Source: Eledone cirrhosa
Taxonomy: Eukaryota
NCBI GenBank assembly: GCA_964016885.1
Contig: OZ024741.1
Location: 213,838,001-213,902,000, forward strand
Length of the DNA: 64,000 nt
Direction of reading: 5' to 3'
In this document: one piece after another, positions 1-14,316 of the stretch
How the letters are laid out: each line of letters begins with the position of its first letter
How positions within the stretch are numbered: the first letter of the stretch is position 1
Made by a program: the position numbers and the translations under genes
Notes under the pieces: model-generated
The model's database searches: none
What the model was told of the DNA's origin: nothing
Seen by the model: only the letters and a program-made list of their open reading frames with translations

Positions 1-441
1 TTTGTGGTCTGAATAGCCAACCATGCGCATTTTTGGACAACTTAAAAAGTCCTTATCCTTAATTCTAACTAAGAACCTATCTAGGTACGACCTAGATGAT
101 CCGCTACGATTTGCCCAAGTCCAGGTTGGCGCAGTCGGAAAATCTAGTCGATATCTATCGGCCAGGTCAAATCGACCGATTAACCCTTTGAGGCTATTAC
201 ACCCCTCTCTATCGGGGCAGGCCCCTACGTAGTCCCAGCGTGCATCTAGGATACCATTCCAGTCCCCCACTAATAGCAAGGAGCGGGACGTCCCTAGAAA
301 AGTCTCCAGACGATGGAAGAAGTCCGGCCGCATTGACCCGAAAGGGCCGTAGGCGGCTACCAACCTAAACGCTCCGCCTTTACCACTGCCAAGGTCCAGA
401 ACCACTAGTCGACCCTCCGGGTCCAAATGTACCATCTGTGT
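1..441 (-). mobile_element. 5'-truncated L1/Tx1-clade LINE copy (endonuclease region), running off the window edge
   Basis: Reverse complement aligns to 34997-35436 and translates to ..HLDPEGRLVVLD..GDWN..DRYRLDFP..SYLDRFLV..GYSDHK (APE motifs). Its 5' end abuts (GATA)n. Confidence 0.92.
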
Positions 442-443
442 TG

Positions 444-489
<46 letters not shown>
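444..489. repeat. (GATA)n microsatellite
   Basis: Direct reading. Confidence 0.98.
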
Positions 490-1220
490 ACAAGCGGCTT
501 GTCGCTCTTTAGCCACAAAATCAATGTTTTGGTACTACTACTTCTACTACTTCTTGGTTATCTTCATCCTTGGCTAATCAATCAAACTAGATGTCTATCT
601 ATCCAGTTATCACCTAGCAATCTCTCTCTATATTTATCGACCAAAGCGATCGCTCGCTCGCTCATACACTTCTTTTGATCTCGTTGGTTTCTCCGACCGC
701 ATGTCTTTATATATACATATATAAATATACATACAGCCGTTTTGTGTATGGATGCATGTATGTGTTTCGGGAACGTAACATTACGCTTACATTTGATGGT
801 GTATTTATTTGGTATCTCTTGACCGTGCATGTAACCATTCTCAACGTCAGTGTCAAATCCAATCTAAATATATCCTAAACTAGTTCACTTTCGCCATGTT
901 TAGGCTGACCAATAAGCGGAGAGTTAGGGCTTGTAGTCGTTCCACTTCTATAGGAAGTATCACCGCGGGTGACCGGGGACTAAACAACACAGAATCAACT
1001 ATAAAGTTTGAAAAATAGTCAGACAAAATTTATCCAATACTTTTCTCCTTAGTCCGTAGAAATCAACCAGATAAATAATCATTTAAATGCAGCTAAGTTT
1101 AAAATGTAAGCTTGAAGAAAAATATAATAGAGATAAACATTACCAAAAATTCTCCCAGTCCCAATTATCGATAGTTTCGCTCGTACTTTGTGGAAATGTC
1201 TAATCGTTGCATTATCCACG

Positions 1221-1427
<207 letters not shown>

Positions 1428-1521
1428 CACGCGAGTAAAAGGTAAAAAGAGATAAGAAAGCAGACAACATGGAACAATGAAGAAACATATTAGTTTAACG
1501 CTTGAAATAATAGGAAACGAG

Positions 1522-1557
1522 TTATACCGTTTCGAACACGAGTCCTTCATCAGAAGA
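1522..1557 (-). ncRNA. Minimal hammerhead-like motif (weak stem I)
   Basis: rc: CTGATGA-aGGAC tcgt GTTC-GAAA-cgg-TA. Flanks resemble the 8750/20040/44325 family. Confidence 0.55.
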
Positions 1558-1657
1558 GAGAAAATTAAAGAGTCAGATGAGTAAAAATACACATGTGTGT
1601 ATTCAGTCAGTTACAGTCCTATAGAATGTAGAAGCCATTTATATATATATATATATA

Positions 1658-2602
1658 ATGAAAAATTGAACAGGGACAGAACAGAGAGGCAGTACGATAA
1701 ATGTTTATTAAATTCACGCTCAGGAGAGTGGGGGGTAGGTGGGGGACGACGTTTCGGGCATAAGCCCTTCTTCAGGTGAGGGTTCAAAAGGTGTGTAGGG
1801 GAGTGGTGGAGAGACATATAGCGAAAGGAAACGGTGCGAATGAAAAATTAACAAATAAAGACAAAAATATAATAAATAATAATAATAAATAAAGCATGAT
1901 CAAAATACAAGGAATGAGAAAATTTAAAAATAAAGGCATGATCAAAATAAACTGAAATTAAAAGGGGGGTAAACAGGTGGTGGAAGGGTGTGGGGTGAGT
2001 AGAGGTGGTGGCGGGTGGAGTGGGGAGAGGGAGACGGGGTGTCCGAGCGGGGAGGGCTGAAGGTGGTGTGTGTGGTTAGGTGTGCGTGTGTGTATGTGAA
2101 AGTGAGGGTTGGGGGAAGAACGGGGTTGCATGTTCAGGAAGGAGTGTGTGGGGGGTGTTTTTGTGGGTCGGAGGGTCTGTGCGTGTGTGGATAGGGGGGT
2201 GGGGGGAGAGGAATCAGGGGGCTGAGGGTGTAAATATGTGGTGGGAAGCACGTGTGTGTGGTTTAAGCGTGTTATGGGTGTGGGTGGCGTGTGGATAATA
2301 AAAATTGTTTTGGGGTGTGTGTGTGTGTGGGTGAGTTATATAGGTGATGGTGTAAGAGGATGGTTGAAAGTGGTAAGTTACACGGATGTATGGAGATTTT
2401 GGTTGGAAGTCAAAACGCGTGTGAGTAATCCAAGAAGCGGTGGTCGGAAGAGGAGAGATGTGGGGTGCGCGCGCAACAGGAAGTGGTCAGCAGTGGAAGT
2501 GCTGTGGTCAGTTGGTGCTGAGACAGTGGTCGGAAGGGCATAGCAGCAGTCGGCGGAATGGTAGGGAGGCGAGGATGGGTAGGTGTGAGAGTTGGAGTGA
2601 GG

Positions 2603-2633
<31 letters not shown>

Positions 2634-3234
2634 ATTAGTAGGGGTGTTAGTGGGATGAGTGAGTGTGGAGTGGGGAGAGAAGGGTGTGTGTGGTTCTATG
2701 GAGGGAGTGTGGTGTACTGGTGTGTGTGTAGTTTGGTGAGGATGTGTTAGTGGGTGTTAGTATACGGGAGGTGGGGAGGGGTGGAATGCAGGTGTGAGTG
2801 GGGGTTAGTGGGGGTAGGGTGTGTAGAGTTGGTGGTGTACGAGGGTGTGTGGGTACATGTGCGTGGGGTTGGAGGGTGTTAGTGATGTTAGTTGCGTGTG
2901 GGGTGGGTGGTGTAAGTGGGTGCGTGTGTGCGTGTGATAAGGAGGGGGAGGAGGAGAAGAGGGGAGGGAAGGGGTGTTAGTATGTTAGTTGGGGAAGGGT
3001 GGTCAGATGAGGGGTGGAGTGGAGGTGTTAGTATTGTTAGTGTGGGGTGGGCGGTGAAAAGGAGGGGTGTGTTAGTGGTGTTAGTGGGGGATAAGTGGGG
3101 GGAGGGGGGCGGTCGAACGCTAAAGGAATAAGGGCGGGGAGTTCAGGCCGGGGGGAGTGTGGGTCTGTAAGATGAAGATAGTACGTTGTTCGACCGTAAG
3201 GCGATGGGCGGGTGTTCCGTGGCACTGGTGTAGG

Positions 3235-3237
<3 letters not shown>
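1658..3237 (-). mobile_element. 5'-truncated Penelope-like element: GIY-YIG C-terminus, C/A-rich 3' region, terminal hammerhead
   Basis: rc of 3120-3239 reads IGLHQCHGTPAHRLTVEQRTIFILQTHTPPGLNSPPLFL*, the R..EQ..IF.L.T..P.GLN end typical of PLE endonucleases. (TA)n on both sides; terminal ~150 bp recur at 45403-45575. Confidence 0.75.
1746..1777 (-). ncRNA. Minimal type I hammerhead motif
   Basis: rc: ac-CTGAAGA-aGGGC ttat GCCC-GAAA-CG-TC-gt. Stem I is only 2 bp. Confidence 0.65.
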
Positions 3238-3301
<64 letters not shown>

Positions 3302-3309
3302 ATATATAT

Positions 3310-3576
3310 GTTTCATTCAGGAGAAATCATCAGCAGGCCGACTGTCCAAGTAATATGGTGGTACGTATACCTTTTCTGGTGGTAGGAGAGGGTGGTGATT
3401 GGGATGGGTGGAGGTCATTGATTGATGGATGTAAAGAAATGGGATTCATTATAACTATATTTAGAGGACAAAGGCAGAAATAATTCAAGTTAGTGTCTAT
3501 ATTAAGTATTTATACTCTATGTATTGAGTATCAAACTTACTGTGGTTATCTCCGATTCAACCCGGAAGGAACTTAT

Positions 3577-3580
<4 letters not shown>
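3310..3580 (-). mobile_element. PLE 3' fragment with hammerhead core cut off by (TA)n
   Basis: rc begins ..VPSGLNRR* (P.GLN end motif) and ends CTGATGA-tttc tcct gaat-GAAAC at 3310-3333; (TA)n on both sides. Confidence 0.6.
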
Positions 3581-3627
<47 letters not shown>

Positions 3628-3632
<5 letters not shown>

Positions 3633-4545
3633 AATAAGGGCGCTGCGGAGTTGCAAATGGGTTACATATGAAAAAGGTTTGTCCTTCTTCAGTGATCTTC
3701 CAACCATCATAGGCATTTCCTCGCTTTAAAGACCATATACCTCCGGTTGGTGCGAGCAACGGCTAAAATAAGTCGTTGGGACACGTAAATAAAGGGGACG
3801 CGAGGGTAAACAAACAAAATGGTGAAGCAACAGAAAGTGAGGAAGAAGGAGACAAGTCGCAGATTTTTATGAATTTAAATTCGATGAAATCGTGAACGAG
3901 AGAATAAAGACCATCAAACCTGGTTGAAATGTGAGCAAGGAAGGAATTTCGCACAGGTCTAATGGGAGGATGAAGGGGTCAGGTCTGCGAATTCGGTAAA
4001 CATAAGTTCTGTGAAATCGTAGACGAGAGAGAGAAAAAATTCCGACCAGCTTGGCCGAGCGTGCGAGAGAAAAGAATTAGACACGGGTCAAACGGGAAAA
4101 AAGAGGAGGAGGAAAGGTAGTGACAGAGAATGAGTGAGTGAAGGGTGAGGAAGAGGCTAACAGAGAGAGAGACTGCTAGAAAGGGTAAAGATACATAGAA
4201 CGAAAAAGACGAGTAGCAGCAGAGGAAAAAATATGTATAAATATGATAATAAGGGCGCTGCGGAGTTGCAAATGGGTTACATATGAAAAAATTTTGTCCT
4301 TCATCAGTGATCTTCCAACCATCATAGGCATTTCATCGCTTTAAAGACCATATACCTCCGGTTGGTGCGAGCAACGGCTAAAAAAAGTCGTTGGGACACG
4401 TAAATAAAGGGGACGCGAGGGTAAACAAACAAAATGGTGAAGCAACAGAAAGTGAGGAAGAAGGAGACAAGTCCCAGATTTCTATGAATTTAAATTCGGT
4501 GAAATCGTGAACGAGAGAATAAAGACCATCAAACCTGGTTGAAAT
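3628..4545 (-). mobile_element. Partial tandem repeat element (about 300-bp direct repeats at 3628-3930 and 4243-4545), possibly a PLE pseudo-LTR arrangement
   Basis: Two near-identical copies of ATGATAATAAGGGCGCTGCGGAG...AAACCTGGTTGAAAT; each has CTGA(A/T)GA on the minus strand; TA-rich flanks. Confidence 0.5.
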
Positions 4546-4769
4546 ACATAAATATATATATTTATGTATACATATATATGTATACATATATATACTCTAG
4601 GCTAGATTCTGCAAACACAAATACGACGTCAAACGTAACTTCGTCGAATGTTCTTAACACCAATCTAAATCAGGAAACTATTATTCCTATTGTAAATAAC
4701 TTCTCCGATCCAAGTCCTCCTATAAATAACACTAGGTCACTTGTTAATAACTCTGTTAATCTCTCTAAT

Positions 4770-5203
4770 CGCAATTGTAATTGCCCTGTTAAAACTAAAT
4801 GTTCTCTCAATAACCATTGTCTTGAAAAAAATTAGTCTATGAATGTAAAGTTATAAGTCATACCAATTCCTTTACCTATTTCGGTTCCACTTCCACCTCC
4901 TTCAAAGTGAGATTTTATAATCACAATTCTTCTTTTAAATACCAACTTAAAAGAACTAATACGGCACTCTCAGAACTCAAATGGTCCTTGAAAGACAAAA
5001 ATATTAACTATAACATCTCTTGGAGGAAATTTTGTTCTGCCTCTCCCTACTTGAATGCATCCCTATCTAGAACGTGTAATCTTTGTTTATCTGAGAAATT
5101 TACCATTATATCTAATTTAGATTCTATAATAAATAGACGCACTGATTTATTTTCTCTCAGCTTGCATAAATTCCACAGAACATTCCATAAAGTATACAGC
5201 TAA
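4770..5203 (+). pseudogene. Frameshifted PLE GIY-YIG endonuclease
   Basis: NCNCPVKTKCSLNNHCLEKN / 1-nt frameshift near 4832 / VYECKV..TYFGSTSTSFKVRFYNHNSSF..TALS..W..K..ISW..Y..CNLCLSEKFTII. Confidence 0.85.
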
Positions 5204-6393
5204 TATCTAATATTTTACTAGTTTAAAATCCTTTTTCTCAAAGGCTTATATATATATTTCTTTAAAAATATACCCATCTTTCGACCTTATTTCAATATTA
5301 TTTATTATACATTATATAATACTAGTTACTCATTCTATATCATTCCTCTTTATCACTTTCCTTTCTTCCTCTTTTCTTTCTTCTTTTTTCTTTTTAATTT
5401 CTAACCTCTAATCTGTACATTTCTTCCTAACCACTTCTCAATTCTTATTATTACTCCCCACAACATATCCACTCTTCCATCTTTCTTCATATCATTGGCC
5501 ATAAAAATTATTATTACCTTTTAAATACTTTATAGTATTACCTTTAATAATCCTTCGTAAACATAAACATTTTTTTTTTACGTTAGATTTTTCCTCCTTA
5601 GTTACTTATATTTGTGTTCCTTTCATGCTCGTCTGACTTTTAAATATTAAATATTACAATACATAAAAACAAACCCTAACTAATCTCCTTTATTATATTA
5701 TATTATTACCATTAGAAAATATTTCGTAAACATATATATTTTGATGTTAGATTTTTTTTCTTTCTTAAACATTATTGTCTTCTTTATTTTCTGCGCTCAT
5801 TTGTAAACAAACTATTTACATATATTACGCACACATATTACATTACATAAAAACAAACTTAAACACTAAATAATTCCTCTAATAATTCCTCATAACTCAT
5901 CCACTCTTCTACTTCTTTTCACAGTATATCCTTAATAACATTAATATTTTTATTTTAATAATACATATTAACAATTTCTTTTACTCGCACATATTATTAA
6001 ACCCTTCAATATACAAACCTGAATTTAATTTAATTTAATATTATTCTTAACCCCCCTTTTTCTCTTTCTCTTCATCAACTTTTAATTTCAAGTTCTTTTA
6101 AATGATCTATTATCTTCCAACGGCTTTTTAACTTCTCTCTGTGAGACAATATATATTTTTCTCAGTTGTAAAGGCTATCTCTCTCTCTATCACCCATCTC
6201 TCCTCCTCTCTCATCATTCCTTCTTATATTCCGCCCCCACCATTCTCTACTCTCATCTCCTCCTCTTTCTCACCCTTTCCAAACCCCACTCACTTTTTCC
6301 CAATATCACACATCAATCTTAAATTATTTTTCATATATTGATTTAAAACTTCAATATTCACAAGTGCTTTTTAACCTTCATATCTTGTATCCC

Positions 6394-6464
6394 TATTTTA
6401 TCTGATGAAAACGCAGATATCATCTCATGATGATATTTGTTTTTGAAATGCGCATAATAAAATA
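6394..6464 (+). ncRNA. Type I hammerhead ribozyme
   Basis: TATTTTAT-CTGATGA-long stem II (aaacgcagatatcatc tcat gatgatatttgttttt)-GAAA-TGCGCA-TA-ATAAAATA. Perfect 8-bp stem I, palindromic stem III. Confidence 0.9.
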
Positions 6465-6494
6465 CTTGGAAATCTTTTAACCATCTTTTGATCT

Positions 6495-6597
<103 letters not shown>

Positions 6598-6656
6598 ACA
6601 CACACACATATATACACACAAACGTACATGCACACACACACATACATACATACATG

Positions 6657-7200
6657 CATGGTGGCTTCCAACTCGTTTTCGAGTACGGCCTCTACTTTAT
6701 ATCCATGTAGGAGAACCCCTACCGATGCGCTGAACGAGTGTGACTTTTTAGTCCAGCTAGCGACTTGAAAACTCTGGTACAAACACTACACTTGTGACAA
6801 TTATCGACGCATAGTGCTTTGCCTTTGGTACCATGTGACGACAAGTGCAGAGAGATCTCCAGATATAAAGCAATGCCTGTGCCGTGAAGCTTTTATAGTG
6901 AGCAAAGGCACTGCACAAAGACAGTCCTACCAAGATGATATTTACCAAAAAGAAGAACAAGTCCACATCATTGGATCCATCAGGGTTGCAGGTGTTATAT
7001 CAGAGTTTTCCTTCTCCTAGAATTCTGCCTTGATAAAGGCTAAGGGGTCATCTCTCCCGGTGATTTTGGATGGCCATTGACTCTTACGAGCACCTTTGCC
7101 CTTTGACAGGTTTTGTTTTTAGACTTGCAGGATGTCCAAAGTCACCCTCCTCACCAAGAAACCTTGGTGGGGTTGCCAGTTTAGTCGCCAACGACCCAAC
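6657..7200 (-). mobile_element. Bipartite RTE-derived non-autonomous element, copy 1 (slightly 5'-truncated)
   Basis: Near-identical to 7216-7826; (ATGT)n tail. Confidence 0.75.
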
Positions 7201-7215
7201 ATGCATACATACATA

Positions 7216-7826
7216 CATGGTGGCTGCCAACTCGTTTTCGAGTACGGCCACTACTTTATATCCATGTAGGAGAACCCCTACCGATGCGCTGAACGAGTGT
7301 GACTTTTTAGTCCAGCCAGCGACTTGAAAACTCTGGTACAAACACTACACTTGTGACAATTATCGACACATAGTGCTTTGCCTTTGGTACCATGTGACGA
7401 CAAGTGCAGAGAGATCTCCAGATATAAAGCAATGCCTGTGCCGTGAAGCTTTTATAGTGAGCAAAGGCACTGCACAAAGCCAGTCCCACTCTCTTAACCA
7501 AGATGATATTTACCAAAAAGAAGAACAAGTCAACATCATTGGATACCATCAGGGTTGCAGGTGTTATATCAGAGTTTTCCTTCTCCTAGAATTCTGCCTT
7601 GACAAAGGCTAAGGGGTCATCTCTCCCAGTGATTTTGGATGGCCATTGACTCTTAAGAGCTCCTTTGCCCTTTGACAGGTTTTGTTTTTAGTCCTGCAGG
7701 ATGTCCAAAGTCACCCTCCTCACCAAGAAACCTTGGTGGGGTTGCCAGTTTAGTCGCCAACGACCCGACCATGAGACAGGTTGTACTGGGATACATGTTA
7801 CCAGTAGCACCAAGTGGTGACCTGAC
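7216..7826 (-). mobile_element. Bipartite RTE-derived non-autonomous element, copy 2 (longest)
   Basis: 5' part has the RTE-5'UTR-like CTAGGAGAAGGAAAACTCTGA; 3' part encodes CSVCTRVFKSLAGLKSHTRSAHR* (C2H2, like RTE ORF C-termini), then a short hairpin and (ATGT)n tail. Confidence 0.78.
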
Positions 7827-8200
7827 ATACATACATACACACATACATACAGACATATACACACACACATACATACATACATACATATACACACATACAT
7901 GCATATACACTCACACACACTCACACACACCTACACACACATACACACACCCACGTATACATACACACATACACACACACACATACACATATATACACAC
8001 ACACACATACAGAAACACATGCACACATACACACCCACACCCACACATACACAAACACATACACACACACATACATATATATATACATATATATATAAAT
8101 AAATATACCCGGGTGTGTATGATTGTGTATAGAAGATTATATTTATAAAAGGAATTCCAACTTTGATTTACTCGTTTTATTTAGAATCCTTTAAATTATA

Positions 8201-8383
8201 ATTGTGTCTACTTTAGGCACAAGGCCAGCAAATACCCAGTGCATTACTGGTACTTTATTTTATCGACCCGGTAAGGATGAAAGGCAAAGTTAACCTCGGC
8301 GGGATTTGAACTCAGACCGTAAAGGGACGTAACTATGCTGGAAAGCATGGCGTCCGACTCTCTACCGATATTGTCAATTCACC
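8201..8383 (-). mobile_element. tRNA-derived SINE (major family)
   Basis: rc has GAGTTCAAATCCC B box followed by GCCTTTCATCCTTAC..GTCGATAAAATAAAGTACCAG; many copies in the window. Confidence 0.88.
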
Positions 8384-8749
8384 AATCCTTTAAAATTATA
8401 ATGGTATTAGAATGAAATAGTATGGTAGAATATTAAATGTTAAGTGTTAATTGAACAAGTACTTTCATGCTTTCGCAATCTTCAGGTACATATTCTGTGG
8501 TGACACTCAACTTTGCAATTTTCATATATACATATATACATAAATACATATATACATACATACATATATACATATATATACATATATACATATATACATA
8601 AATGCATACATATACATACATACATACATATATACACAGATACATATATACATACATATATATGTACATACATACATATATACATACTGTACATACATAT
8701 ATATATATATATATATACATGCATACATATTTAAATATAATGTGTGTGT

Positions 8750-9003
8750 GTAAAAGGTAAACAGAAATAACAACCTAATATATCCCTCCCATATACTGTA
8801 CCGATTGTGTTAACGCTTGATATAACAGGAAGAGGGTCTTAACGTTTCGGGCGCTAATCCTTCATCAGTAGAAAGAATGAGAAATAAGATAGATTGAGGG
8901 GACGGGCGGGTTGGAATGGGAAAAAATGTCTTTAGATAAAAATAACAGGTCCATTCATGTTGACATCTCTTGCAAAACTCTTGGTGCTGGCGTTTTGTGT
9001 ATG

Positions 9004-9005
<2 letters not shown>
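8750..9005 (-). mobile_element. Hammerhead-bearing repeat, probable PLE 3' end (family with 20040-20300 and 44325-44530)
   Basis: Three similar copies; TA-type flanks. Confidence 0.7.
8837..8872 (-). ncRNA. Minimal type I hammerhead motif
   Basis: rc: tcta-CTGATGA-aggattagcgccc-GAAA-CG-TT-aaga. Confidence 0.65.
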
Positions 9006-9067
<62 letters not shown>

Positions 9068-9204
9068 TTATACGCATACCCTTACTATATTTCCGTATTT
9101 TATTTTTTATATATCTCTTGCATTACTTTTATTTATATAATTGTTTACCCGTTAAACTTTTGCCTTTCTGGAGGAGATTTTTCAAATATTTCACTATGTT
9201 TTTA

Positions 9205-9282
9205 AATTGCCTTGTCTGACGAATGAATGATGACGTTTCTTGTATTCGTCTTATTCGGGAAACCTCTGGTAATGAGGTAATT
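9205..9282 (+). ncRNA. Type I hammerhead ribozyme
   Basis: AATTGCCTTGT-CTGACGA-hairpin-GAAA-CC tct GG-TA-ATGAGGTAATT; 11-bp stem I with three G.U pairs; lies in a segment between (TA)n tracts. Confidence 0.78.
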
Positions 9283-9466
9283 ATATTGTATTGTTTATTA
9301 TACATTATATATATATATATATATATTTAAAAGTTAAACAAGGTTCAATGAATAAATCAAAGAATGAGTTTTACAATAGATTGGAAGCACTCAATAAGTG
9401 GATTTTTCCAGAGTTATTAATATTATTTCAAAATATTAACAAAATAGATATTCTTGTGATCAAGTA

Positions 9467-9533
9467 TATTTTATTATACATATTTCAAAGGTACTGACTT
9501 AACTTCAACAGTACGTCCTCGTCAGATAAAATA
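9467..9533 (-). ncRNA. Type I hammerhead ribozyme (downstream member of tandem pair)
   Basis: rc: TATTTTAT-CTGACGA-ggacGTACTG..CAGTACcttt-GAAA-tatgta-TA-ATAAAATA. Confidence 0.85.
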
Positions 9534-9701
9534 AGATGATGCATGACATACCCTAACATAGTAGATGGTTAAGATTCAGTCATGGTAGTGAGTAATATAT
9601 GACAAAACTCAATATTTATAAACCTTAATATTGAGAAACATGAGAAATATGCGTCACGCACCCTCACTATTGTATGTATTATATATTTATAAAACAATAA
9701 T

Positions 9702-9767
9702 TATTTCATTATATATATTTCAAGGGCATCAAAGGCAAATTTTGGTGCACTTTCATCAGATAAAATA
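9702..9767 (-). ncRNA. Type I hammerhead ribozyme (upstream member of tandem pair)
   Basis: rc: TATTTTAT-CTGATGA-aagtgcaccaaa..tttgatgccctt-GAAA-tatata-TA-ATGAAATA. Confidence 0.85.
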
Positions 9768-9826
9768 CAAAATTTGTTTCATACCCGCCGAAGAAAAACC
9801 TTGACGGTTGGAGGTTCGCTGGCTAG

Positions 9827-9905
<79 letters not shown>

Positions 9906-9911
<6 letters not shown>

Positions 9912-10137
9912 TTAGAAATTATAAGCTTTCACAGTATTTTTAGAATAACGAAATTTCTAGCCTGATAGTGTGGTTTATAACCCTCGGAGAAATGGAAAAA
10001 GATGAGTGTTGCCGTACATGCCATGTACGGCAACACTCATCTTTTTCCATTTCTCCGAGGGTTATAAACCACACTATCAGGCTAGAAATTTCGTTATTCT
10101 AAAAATACTGTGAAAGCTTATAATTTCTAATTTCTAA
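9906..10137. repeat. Perfect palindrome with ~115-bp arms
   Basis: ..GTTGCCGTACATG c CATGTACGGCAAC.., centre near 10021. Confidence 0.95.
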
Positions 10138-10195
10138 TTTCAAACTCGCGCACCGTTTCAAAAACATACTTACATGTTTACGTTTATAATTTGCT

Positions 10196-10275
<80 letters not shown>

Positions 10276-10338
10276 TATAATCAAACACTGTAACGATTCT
10301 GCGAAACCAGGCTCGCTTTTGTTGCTCATAATATAAGA

Positions 10339-10372
10339 GGCTGATGAGACTCAAGTAGTTAGAACATGCCCC
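10339..10372 (+). ncRNA. Degenerate hammerhead remnant
   Basis: gg-CTGATGA-gact caagt agtt-aGAA-catg-cc; GAAA box and cleavage triplet are damaged. Confidence 0.35.
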
Positions 10373-10817
10373 AGTAACTACTGAACCAGCTTTATTTCAA
10401 TTTAAGACAGCCAATCTGAACATTCTCTTTAGAAAAGCAATACTTCATATGATCTGCTATAAAGAATCAATTAATTCATGTTCGATAATGTGTTGCATAA
10501 TATAACCTCGCCATCCCCCTTATATATCTGTTTATGTTTTATATAAATACATATACACATATGTGCATATATATTTCTATATATATACATATATATATTC
10601 ATTTGTGTGTATATGTTTATATATGTCTATATATTAATATATATGTGTGTGTGTATATATATATGTGTGTGTTTGTGTATATATATGTGTGTTTGTGTAT
10701 ATATATGTGTGTGTGTATATATATGTGTGTGTGTGTATATATATATATGTGTGTGTATATATATATTTGTGGGTGTATATGTGTCTGTGTGTTTATATAT
10801 ATGTGTGTCACACATAT

Positions 10818-11648
<831 letters not shown>

Positions 11649-11733
11649 TATATATATATATAACACATATATATATATATATATATACACACATAATGTG
11701 TGTATATGTATATATGAGCATGTCAATAAAGAC

Positions 11734-11821
<88 letters not shown>

Positions 11822-12077
11822 ACACACACATATATACGTACATAGATATGAGTGTGTATGTGTCATTGTTAGACATATTCTCGTCGTGGTGGGATCATAG
11901 GCAGTAGATGAGGGTGAGTGAGAGGAACTGATGATACGGAACAGATGCCAAACAATCGAAGCCACAAGAAATGAACACAGGCAACAACACAAGACACTCA
12001 CACACGAGTATACATATGGATATATATATATGTATATATATTGTACATATATATATACATATATATATTGTATATAT

Positions 12078-12603
<526 letters not shown>

Positions 12604-12615
12604 TATTGTATATAT

Positions 12616-13378
<763 letters not shown>

Positions 13379-13522
13379 CTTTCTCTCTTTCTCTCTTTCT
13401 TTCTTTCTCTCACTTTCTCTCTCTTTCTCTCTCTTTCTTTCTCTTTCTTTCTTTCTCTCTCTCTTACGTTCTCTCTCTCATTCTATCTCTATCTCCTTCT
13501 CTCTCTTTCGTTCTCTTTCGTG

Positions 13523-13577
<55 letters not shown>

Positions 13578-13816
13578 TCTCTCTCTATTTCTCTCTTACT
13601 CTCTCTCGCTTTCTCTTTCTCTCTCTCTATTTCTCTCTCTCTTTCTTTCGCTCTTTCACTCACTTTCTCTCTTTCTTTCTCTTTCTCTCTCTTTCACTCT
13701 CTCTCTTTCGCTCTCTTTCTCTCTTTCTATTTCTCTCTCTCTCTCTTTCTCTCTTACACTCTCTCGCTTTCTCTTTCTCTCTTTTCTCTCTCTCTATTTC
13801 TCTCTTTCACTCTCTC

Positions 13817-13862
<46 letters not shown>
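13379..13862. repeat. (CT)n-rich polypyrimidine tract
   Basis: Direct reading. Confidence 0.95.
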
Positions 13863-13864
<2 letters not shown>

Positions 13865-14138
13865 GTGTGTGTGTGTTAGTATATGTAACGAAAGAGGCAG
13901 AATGTATGGGTAGTGTGTGTGTGTGTGTGTATGTTCCCAAAGATTGTTGATTGAAGACACACGTGTTCTTTTTTTTTTCTCTAAACATTTTCCCATTCTT
14001 TCCTCTTCTCACTCGCAATCATTTTATGTCATCTTTTATTTCTCATTCTATCTTCTGGTGTAAGACTATCAAGCATTAAACTAATATATTTCTTCATTGT
14101 ACTGTGTCGTTTCCTTTGTTGTTTCTGTTTACGTTTTA

Positions 14139-14305
<167 letters not shown>

Positions 14306-14316
14306 ATATATATATA

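Noticed and set aside
7735-7826. HDV-like or twister ribozyme at the 5' end of the RTE-derived element
   Set aside because: CCAGT/ACTGG pairing and a hairpin-CTAA segment are suggestive, but I could not build P1/P3 by eye; needs an Infernal search.
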